Shown here one piece after another: positions 45,417-51,934 of a stretch of DNA of 51,934 nucleotides. Each line of letters starts with the position of its first letter. Positions within the stretch are counted from its first letter, which is position 1. Source of the DNA: a virus (taxonomy: Duplodnaviria; Caudoviricetes); the IMG/VR virus record IMGVR_UViG_3300035564_000113, positions 1 to 51,934 of that record; one strand, 5' to 3'. A model generated the notes under the pieces. It did not search any database. It worked only from the letters and a program-made list of their open reading frames with translations, and was not told the origin of the DNA. A program made the translations under genes and the position numbers.

Positions 45417-46186
45417 TTCTTGGCGCGTTTGCGGGCTTCGATGGCGCGAACCAGCACCGGGTAAACTGCGCTCGGTACGTCCTCAAGTTTGGCGACGCCA
45501 GCAAGCTGGCAAAGGCCGGCTTCGGTGCCGCCTGCCTCCTTCAACTCTTCGCGGAGGTACTGTACCTTGTCGCTGGCGATTGGTCCGCCTTGGTCGCGGG
45601 CATCCTGACTTGCGCCGTCGCTGTCGTGTTCGACGGTAATGTTGAGCGCATTGCAGAGCGCGTACCGCTTGGCGTAGGTCATCGCTGCGCCGTCCGCCTG
45701 CGTCTCGGTTGCACCGTAGGGACCGGCCCCAGCGCGCACGAATGCCTGATAATCGCGGTGGTGACCGCCGTTGTGCTGGAGCGTGCAAGTCTGAACGATG
45801 CGCGCATCCTTGCAATCCGTAGAGAAGCTAATCGAGAAACCGTGCCGCTGTGCGAGCGGGTTCACCTCTCGCATAATTTCCTCGTAGGGCAGATACGTGT
45901 AGCGTGTTTTGCCCTGTTTGTCGGGAACGATCTTCGTTGCCTGGAATGTTTTCAGCTCGTTTTGCAGAGCGGCGAATGCCTCGGCAAACTGCTTCTCAGC
46001 CTTCTTGTCCTCCATGTGTTCGTGCAGGGCGACAAGGCGCTCCACGACGGAAACGGATTCCGCCGTGAGTTTGCCTGAGTCGATCATGCGCTCAATGAGC
46101 GATAGCGGGGAAGCGCCTACGGGCGTGATGGCGACGGTTTCTTGCGGCGCGATGTCGAGAGCTGCGGTCTGGTCTTTGGGATTCAT
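45413..46186 (-). CDS. ERF-family single-strand annealing protein
   Basis: Y.Y..YEEI, LQHNGGH, QADGAAMTYAKRYAL. Confidence 0.9.
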   Translation of the reverse strand: MNPKDQTAALDIAPQETVAITPVGASPLSLIERMIDSGKLTAESVSVVERLVALHEHMEDKKAEKQFAEAFAALQNELKTFQATKIVPDKQGKTRYTYLPYEEIMREVNPLAQRHGFSISFSTDCKDARIVQTCTLQHNGGHHRDYQAFVRAGAGPYGATETQADGAAMTYAKRYALCNALNITVEHDSDGASQDARDQGGPIASDKVQYLREELKEAGGTEAGLCQLAGVAKLEDVPSAVYPVLVRAIEARKRAKK

Positions 46187-46189
46187 GGG

Positions 46190-47350
46190 TTAAAGTCCTT
46201 TCGCGGTGGTTTCGATCCAGACGGCGAACTTCTCGCGCTGGCTGGCGAGCGTGACGCCGATTGACTTTGCCTCTTCGGTTTTGAAGTCGGGCAGTTCCAA
46301 GGCGCGAAGGGATTGAGCGAACGCCAGCAGCTTGTCTTTGTCGGGCGCGGCAGCAGCTTTCTTGGCGGCTGCGGCTTCGTCTGCCGCTTTCTTGGCTGCG
46401 GCATCACGCAACTCCTTAGCCTCGGCTTCTGCCTTTTCACGGGCCGCTTTTTCCAATGCTGCTAAGGCGTCGGCCTTGCGCTTCTGCTCTGCGGCAGTAG
46501 CCTGAATTTTTTCCCGCTCAGCCTTGGCCTTCGCCTCTATCTCTGCCTTCTCTTGCGCAGCCTTGGCGGCTGCCAGTTTGGCCGCAGCGTCGGCTTTGGC
46601 CTTCTCTTCGGCGGCAATGCGTGCGGCTTCGGCCCGTTCTTCGGCCAGCTTCTTTTCCGCAGCCTCCCGCTCCGCCTTGGCCGCAGCCTCGCGGGCGATG
46701 GCCTCTTGTTGCAGCCGGGCGTTCTCAGCGCGGATTCGCTCGCGCTCTGCCGCGTCGGCCTGCTCTTTGGCAATGCGATCTTCCTCGGCCTTCTTGGCGG
46801 CAGCGATGGCCTGCTCTTTGGCCAACCGAACGCCGGTCAAAAGCTGGGTAAAGGTAGGCTCCGGCATGTCACGGACGGCGTACAGATTCACGTCCTCAAC
46901 GTAGGGCGCAAGCGCAGCCTTGCGGCCCGCTTCGAGTGCGTCTTTTCGCGCAATCTCGGCACGCTCGGCGGTGTCCTCGGCGTCCTGTAACGCCTTTTCA
47001 ACCGGCGCAAGGTCGGCTTCTAGGATATTGTAAAACCCATCAACGGCTCGCCCGTAGGTCAGCGCATTCGCTTTCTGCGCCTTCTTCACCTTCTCGCCTT
47101 CGATTCGGACGCGGCGAATAGCCAGCCGGCAGGCGCGAGCCCTTTTGATTTCCGTGACGCAGGTTGCGTCCTTCACGGATTCAGCGACGCCAACAGCATC
47201 GGCAAGCACGGTACGCGCCTGAATGAAAAGCGGGCGGAATGCTGCGACTAACGGCGTTGTCGAGGCTTGTTCAAGGCCGGTTTGGCCTGCGTATGCTACC
47301 AGCTTCTCCTCTACTGGAGAGACGATTTCGAGTTCGGTTGTAGGATTCAT
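46190..47350 (-). CDS. Long coiled-coil protein (recombination module)
   Basis: A/E/K/R-rich, 'APDKDKL' C-terminal motif, upstream of ERF. Confidence 0.75.
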   Translation of the reverse strand: MNPTTELEIVSPVEEKLVAYAGQTGLEQASTTPLVAAFRPLFIQARTVLADAVGVAESVKDATCVTEIKRARACRLAIRRVRIEGEKVKKAQKANALTYGRAVDGFYNILEADLAPVEKALQDAEDTAERAEIARKDALEAGRKAALAPYVEDVNLYAVRDMPEPTFTQLLTGVRLAKEQAIAAAKKAEEDRIAKEQADAAERERIRAENARLQQEAIAREAAAKAEREAAEKKLAEERAEAARIAAEEKAKADAAAKLAAAKAAQEKAEIEAKAKAEREKIQATAAEQKRKADALAALEKAAREKAEAEAKELRDAAAKKAADEAAAAKKAAAAPDKDKLLAFAQSLRALELPDFKTEEAKSIGVTLASQREKFAVWIETTAKGL

Positions 47351-47404
47351 GGGATTGATTAGAGAGTGGTCCTGCCGGCGCGGTCCTCGGCTGTTGCGCT
47401 ACCC

Positions 47405-47659
47405 CTAGACGCAATTCCGCGCCGCACCGGCAGGAAGATGTTTGGTCGGCTTGAAGCCGTTCTTTTTGGCGAAGGCGATAAGCTGGTCCTCCAGCAGCCC
47501 GGCGCTGCCTGCGATCGCCGCCCACTTGTCGCGCTGTGCCTTGGTGGCCACGTCCACCTTTGCGCCGGGGAGCAGCACGCGGGGCAGTTTGCCGTATCGC
47601 CTGCGATGGCCGCGCTCAGCCGCGACCTGAACGAAGAGCGTTGCGTGTAGGTTAGCCAT
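47405..47659 (-). CDS. Hypothetical protein
   Basis: MANLHATLF start, TCCCATG context. Confidence 0.55.
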   Translation of the reverse strand: MANLHATLFVQVAAERGHRRRYGKLPRVLLPGAKVDVATKAQRDKWAAIAGSAGLLEDQLIAFAKKNGFKPTKHLPAGAARNCV

Positions 47660-47861
47660 GGGAATTGGTGGTGAATCGCGCGCCGAACATATCGCGGAGC
47701 GCGAAAACGATGTGAGGCTTGAGCTGGCCGTCGTGGTTGTTGTAGCGCAGCCACGCTTGGTAGTCCTTGCGGGTCTTGAAGGTTGTTGGACCGCGATCAT
47801 CGAAAATAATGACGACGCGATGCCCGGCGTTCCACGCTGCGTAGAGGTCTTTGACTTTCAT
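47652..47861 (-). CDS. Hypothetical protein
   Basis: Operon packing. Confidence 0.55.
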   Translation of the reverse strand: MKVKDLYAAWNAGHRVVIIFDDRGPTTFKTRKDYQAWLRYNNHDGQLKPHIVFALRDMFGARFTTNSHG

Positions 47862-48484
47862 GGCTTAAAATCGGTTTCCGGCCCTTCGTATGATTCGTGC
47901 GGCTGCTCTGCGTCGCACTTCTCGCAGCGCTCAAAAACGACTCTCTCCGTTCCAAATTCATGGTCAAAAGAATCGTCGATTACCTTCCAATCGTGGTCAC
48001 AGGTGGATTGCTGCTGGCGCTTCTCAGCGCGTCTGATTATCTCTTCGTCAACTTGTTCTTGAATTGATGGATCGTCTGCCTCTCCGCCTTCTTTGTTCGT
48101 GGCATCCGAGCAAACCACTTCCCATCCGCTATTCGTGAACTTGGCGACGGCTCGAACGTAAACTTCATGGTCTCGGTCGTGGTGCGTCACGGTCATTTCA
48201 AACTCCTCCACGTAGTCGGGAGTAGCCAACACCTGCCAGTCGATGCGGTCGATGTTCACGTCTGAGAGCGTGGGGTAAGCGGTGATGCAGGAATCTTGGG
48301 TATCGCTGTTGAGCTTACCGACGCACTCCTGCGCGCAGACGACGGCAATCGCCCGCAGCGCGTATAGGCGTTTCTCGGAATCGGTCAGCGCCATTGCTGC
48401 GGCGAAATCCTTGTGCTCGCGTATGTCTTCTGCGCGCACCCAGATTTCCACGCGGGCGTCTAAATCAAAGCGAAGATCATTCAT
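47858..48484 (-). CDS. Acidic hypothetical protein with C-terminal Zn-ribbon-like motif
   Basis: CDHDW...CEKC. Confidence 0.7.
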   Translation of the reverse strand: MNDLRFDLDARVEIWVRAEDIREHKDFAAAMALTDSEKRLYALRAIAVVCAQECVGKLNSDTQDSCITAYPTLSDVNIDRIDWQVLATPDYVEEFEMTVTHHDRDHEVYVRAVAKFTNSGWEVVCSDATNKEGGEADDPSIQEQVDEEIIRRAEKRQQQSTCDHDWKVIDDSFDHEFGTERVVFERCEKCDAEQPHESYEGPETDFKP

Positions 48485-49002
48485 GTCTGGTTTCCTCGGT
48501 TGAGCTTGGCGAGCGCGGCTTGCGCATCTTGCACCGCTCGCAATATGGAGTCCGATGCTTCTATCTTGACCGACATAAAGGCGTTCTCGATTTTGGATTT
48601 CTCTAGCGCGTCCGCCAGCTCCTTGACCTGCGCCTTCACCAGTTCCAGCGATTGCAGCGCGTCCTGCCGCTCGTAGAAAGCCTTGCGTTCTATCTTCTCA
48701 AGTTCCCCATATTGGCCGTTTACCTCTTTGCGCCTATCGGATTCTGCGGCAAACTGGCTCTCCAGCTCGGCGCACTTCGCGGCGCTGGCGTCGTCTTTTA
48801 CCTCGGCTTCTGTGAACATTTCGGCGAGCTGATCGTCTGTTGGCTCAACCCAGCCACGGACACGCTTTGCGCAATCCGTCAGGGCGTATGCCTCTGAAAG
48901 TTCATCATCGGCATTGCGGCGGTTGCTCTCATCGACGCAAATATTGTTTGATAGCGTTATCGCTGCGCGCCAAATGCCCTTGTCTCGTTCGGTGATGTTC
49001 AT
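48481..49002 (-). CDS. Hypothetical coiled-coil protein
   Basis: Trimmed to MNITERDK. Confidence 0.65.
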   Translation of the reverse strand: MNITERDKGIWRAAITLSNNICVDESNRRNADDELSEAYALTDCAKRVRGWVEPTDDQLAEMFTEAEVKDDASAAKCAELESQFAAESDRRKEVNGQYGELEKIERKAFYERQDALQSLELVKAQVKELADALEKSKIENAFMSVKIEASDSILRAVQDAQAALAKLNRGNQT

Positions 49003-49004
49003 TG

Positions 49005-49253
49005 CTAATCTCCAATTGAAATACTGAGCCTGTCCGCCCTGTCGTAGTGCCGCGTCAGCTCGGCCCGGTGGAAGGCGCGGGCGCGGAAAAAGTCTCTGGC
49101 CTCCTCGGCGGTCGCTGGGCGGATCTCGCGCGGCTCCGGCGCGACGTGGACCGCGTGCGACTTCCGCAGCGTCCGAGTACGCTCGTCCCAAAAGCCAACG
49201 CCAAAGTCCGTGGACACGAGCGGCGAGAATGAGGACTGCAAGGCGAGTCTCAT
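49005..49253 (-). CDS. Hypothetical protein
   Basis: MRLALQSS start overlapping the upstream stop. Confidence 0.5.
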   Translation of the reverse strand: MRLALQSSFSPLVSTDFGVGFWDERTRTLRKSHAVHVAPEPREIRPATAEEARDFFRARAFHRAELTRHYDRADRLSISIGD

Positions 49254-49924
49254 TTGCGGTTGTCCGCCTGAATTTTCGCGCCAGGCCCGATCGCGCCGAC
49301 GGTCCCGCCCCGAATCGCGCCGACGGTCCCGCCCCAAATCGCGCTGACGGTCCCGCCCCGAATCGCGCCGACGGTCCCGCCCCGAATCGCGCTGACGGTC
49401 CCGCCCCAAATCGCGCTGACGGTCCCGCCCCGAATCGCGCCGACGGTCCCGCCCCAAATCGCGCCGACGGTCCCGCCCCAAATCTCGCCGACGGTCCCGC
49501 CACAAATCTCGCTGACGGCCCCGCCACAAATCGCGGTTATGAGCATCTCCCTTGCGCAGGAAATTTTCGCGCCGGGCGCGACGATGAACTGGCCGCCGAT
49601 GAGCAAATCAACGTCGCCCGAGATGATGCACGACTTGATGTAGTTGCGGAGCATATCGCGGACGCGCTCTTGTTTCTCGGCATCGAACCAATCAGGCGTG
49701 CGGTCCTCGTCGATCTTGAGCTTGTAGCCGTCCAGCAGATGAGCGGTTTCAAGCGACGGCGGAGAAAACTCCACTTTGGCCATATCGAGGCGCTTGTCGG
49801 TTCCGGCGAGCTGGTAGATTTTGCACAGGTCGGAATGGCTTTCGGACCACGGGGAGAAAAGCAGGCGGAAGCCGTGCTTGACGGATTCATCTTTGACACA
49901 AATGGCGGACTTGAATTCGCACAT
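49250..49924 (-). CDS. Octapeptide-repeat (beta-solenoid-like) protein
   Basis: MCEFKS start; 10 x (A/E)I(R/W/C)GG(T/A)V(G/S). Confidence 0.75.
   Translation of the reverse strand: MCEFKSAICVKDESVKHGFRLLFSPWSESHSDLCKIYQLAGTDKRLDMAKVEFSPPSLETAHLLDGYKLKIDEDRTPDWFDAEKQERVRDMLRNYIKSCIISGDVDLLIGGQFIVAPGAKISCAREMLITAICGGAVSEICGGTVGEIWGGTVGAIWGGTVGAIRGGTVSAIWGGTVSAIRGGTVGAIRGGTVSAIWGGTVGAIRGGTVGAIGPGAKIQADNRK
49289..49536. repeat. 24-bp tandem repeat, ~10 copies
   Basis: Unit ~CRAATCGCGCYGACGGTCCCGCCC. Confidence 0.95.
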
Positions 49925-50012
49925 GGGATTTAAGGGTAGTAGCGGGCGTTGTGGTTGGAACAATCTTGAAGTGTCGCACTAAAGCGAGCGTAATTTGTGG
50001 CACTACGCGTTT

Positions 50013-50162
50013 CTACTTAGCGCCCCAGGTCAGCCAGAGCCAGAAGGCGGAGGCCAGAACCATGCCGACCGAGAGCCCGGCCATGAAGCCGGTTGCGAGC
50101 GAGATTCGTCCGAATCGCTCAACGTCCTGCGTGAGTCTGTCGGATGCTGATTTGGTGTTCAT
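50013..50162 (-). CDS. Small single-TM protein (49 aa; not in ORF track)
   Basis: MNTKSASD...LATGFMAGLSVGMVLASAFWLWLTWGAK. Confidence 0.6.
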   Translation of the reverse strand: MNTKSASDRLTQDVERFGRISLATGFMAGLSVGMVLASAFWLWLTWGAK

Positions 50163-50395
50163 GTTGCGCAGTCCATTTCGACCGCGGCTCTGGCCCGCAG
50201 AATATCGCCGAGCGTAATTTTGGTAGCGTTCAGGCCGAAAACCGGATGATCCGGCGCTTTCTCCATCTCGGTCATGTGGCGAACGTCAAGGGCTGCGAAC
50301 GGCGTAAGCGCCTCTCGAAGCTGCCCGTTTTCGGCTTCGAGTTTATCGCGCAACTCCTGCCATGTCTCTTGGCCTGTTATTTTAGCGCTCATCAT
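50159..50395 (-). CDS. Hypothetical protein
   Basis: LREALTPFA...ITLGDILRARAA, a common phage early-protein motif. Confidence 0.65.
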   Translation of the reverse strand: MMSAKITGQETWQELRDKLEAENGQLREALTPFAALDVRHMTEMEKAPDHPVFGLNATKITLGDILRARAAVEMDCAT

Positions 50396-50745
50396 TTGCA
50401 GTCCTCCTCAAGCGCGGCGAGCGCGGCGCGGGCTTGCTCAGCTACATCACGTAGAACCGTAGCGGCGTCGGCTATTGCCGATAGGTCGCCCCGATTGTTT
50501 GCAAGAATCACGGCCCGCGTTGCCGAGTCATAAGACGCAAGCGCCTTCACGAGCGCGGGCAGGTGGTTGTGGCTGGCCCTCAGAACGCGGGCGTTATGCG
50601 CTCCGTCTTTGTAGTAGTTTTCAACTGTGCATATATCGCGGGCTTGGAACGTCAGCACAGGAGCGCCTTCGCCATTGTATCCGATTTCAAGCGGTCCCGG
50701 CGTCGCCGAGGCCAGCAGCTTTTGGAGGTTGGGAAGCGTGTTCAT
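50392..50745 (-). CDS. Ead/Ea22-like early protein
   Basis: LLASATPGP...NARVLRASHNHLPALV. Confidence 0.6.
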   Translation of the reverse strand: MNTLPNLQKLLASATPGPLEIGYNGEGAPVLTFQARDICTVENYYKDGAHNARVLRASHNHLPALVKALASYDSATRAVILANNRGDLSAIADAATVLRDVAEQARAALAALEEDCK

Positions 50746-50749
50746 GGCG

Positions 50750-50956
50750 TCAGGTGTTGAGGATTGCGCGGACGGCGTGATATGCCCGCTCTTGCGAGTA
50801 GCCGAAATGCACGCGGAATCCGTCCTTGTCGTAGGCGTCAAGCGTGTCGTTGACTGTGCAGCGAACATCGCAGCGTGTCGGCTCTCGTTCGCCTTCGCTG
50901 CGGAATATGCCGGCCACGGCTTCGTAAATCGTCGCCATCGGAATTGTCTGTTTCAT
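50750..50956 (-). CDS. Hypothetical protein
   Basis: AATCCCATG start. Confidence 0.6.
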   Translation of the reverse strand: MKQTIPMATIYEAVAGIFRSEGEREPTRCDVRCTVNDTLDAYDKDGFRVHFGYSQERAYHAVRAILNT

Positions 50957-50978
50957 GGGATTGGTTTTGAGGGTTAGC

Positions 50979-51449
50979 CTAGCAGCACACCGCGATGCCG
51001 CGATTGTAGAAAGACTCGATGGGCTGGAGCACACCGTTAATCGTGAGATCGGCCCGCGTGACTAGGTACAGCATACAGCCGCGACAGTCGCCCTGATGAT
51101 AGGCGAAAATATGATCTTGCGCGTTCGCAGCCATAAACGGCGTCCCTTCTTCGCGGGCATTTCGGGCGTCAACAATAGCATTGAGCCTACGCAACGCGCC
51201 CGCTTCGCGGTCGGCAATCGGGTGCCGGCGCATCTTGCCCATGTGCGGGTAAACGCAGCGGAACGGCTTGCCGGTGATTTCATCGCGCTCGATTGAAAAG
51301 CTGGCGTATTCGTTTGAATCGCCGCACTCGGCTTCCGCCCAGCGTTGCAGCGTCATCTCGATCCGGCGCAAGGCTGCGCTCTCTTCATAGGTAAAGCCCA
51401 GCTCGGCGAGCTTGGCGAATAGTGCGAATTTCTGTTTTTGGGTAGCCAT
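50979..51449 (-). CDS. Hypothetical early protein
   Basis: MATQKQK; LQRWAEAECG, YHQGDCRGC. Confidence 0.7.
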   Translation of the reverse strand: MATQKQKFALFAKLAELGFTYEESAALRRIEMTLQRWAEAECGDSNEYASFSIERDEITGKPFRCVYPHMGKMRRHPIADREAGALRRLNAIVDARNAREEGTPFMAANAQDHIFAYHQGDCRGCMLYLVTRADLTINGVLQPIESFYNRGIAVCC

Positions 51450-51525
51450 GTTGTTATCGTTTTGTCGAGCTGATCCGCTCGTTTGTTTTTGGTTTCTGTG
51501 CGCCCCTTCGGGCAAAGTGGTAAAG

Positions 51526-51798
51526 TCAGGCGGTCGCCCGCGCTATCGCGGAGCGGGCTTGGTCTAGAGAGTCAGATAGGGCTTCGTCTTGCTCTAGGGT
51601 CTGGCAGTTGCAGCCGATGGTAAATTTTGTCGCTGCGGCTTCCAAGTGTTGCAGCGCGGCCAGAAGCTCGGCTTGCTCGGCTTTGTGTGCGCGTACTACT
51701 GCTTTGGCCCGGCTCTTGGAAAGGCCAAGGCATTGCAGCCATGCTTCGCCGATTCGTGGCAAATCTTCTTCGGGCGTGTGCGTGATTTTCGGGCTCAT
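51526..51798 (-). CDS. Hypothetical early protein (fused in frame to the upstream ORF as assembled)
   Basis: CCCATG start MSPKITH; ELLAAL...ARSAIARATA motif. Confidence 0.6.
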   Translation of the reverse strand: MSPKITHTPEEDLPRIGEAWLQCLGLSKSRAKAVVRAHKAEQAELLAALQHLEAAATKFTIGCNCQTLEQDEALSDSLDQARSAIARATA

Positions 51799-51811
51799 GG
51801 GCGGGGGGGGG

Positions 51812-51934
51812 TAGGTGTTAAGTTTTCGGGAAAGCCGATCCGCAATGGCGTCGATGCCAGCGAATAGCTTGGGAAGCTCGCGGTCTTTTGGGCCATTCTC
51901 GCGGCTCCCGGTCATTTCGTCCGCTACTGCGTCA
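51812..51934. repeat. Terminal direct repeat, copy 2
   Basis: Identical to 1-123. Confidence 0.97.

Noticed and set aside
48481-49527. 348-aa ORF with AGPSARFG repeats
   Set aside because: Alternative frame of the 24-bp repeat; the real gene probably starts at 49002
49289-49536. CRISPR array
   Set aside because: Units are contiguous with no unique spacers, they are in-frame coding, and there are no cas genes
50053-50100. Additional attC-like start (GCCAGAAC...GAGCC)
   Set aside because: No matching right arm with the 9-nt spacer and GTT core
1-51934. tRNA genes, introns/inteins, stop-codon recoding
   Set aside because: No cloverleaf recognised; terL, portal and capsid are uninterrupted; the standard code gives dense gene tiling

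Overview
The window looks like a complete, circularly assembled ~51.8-kb tailed dsDNA phage genome: bases 1-123 are identical to 51812-51934. The virion module is podovirus-like, with terminase, portal, scaffold, tail adaptor and nozzle, ejection proteins, a displaced major capsid gene and a beta-helix tailspike. It also carries a GroES-like co-chaperonin, a ~7.5-kb cluster of glycosyltransferases, methyltransferases and a GNAT, and a lysis-like region with a class-3 lipase but no recognisable peptidoglycan hydrolase. An early/middle arm encodes ERF, a YqaJ exonuclease, RusA, an HNH protein and a PAPS-reductase-like protein. I recognise no integrase, DNA polymerase, helicase, tRNA or CRISPR array. 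The most striking unannotated structure is at 39214-39986: an array of integron attC-like sites (three full, one half) in which each cassette has self-complementary core ends and no intI is present. The phage genes there run antisense through the sites, so the recombination sites encode gene starts and stops. Next to it is an 11-7-11 dif-like palindrome. Non-Shine-Dalgarno CCCATG starts and the attC style suggest a Verrucomicrobiota-like host, which is inference. All product calls come from motif recognition by eye, not database searches.
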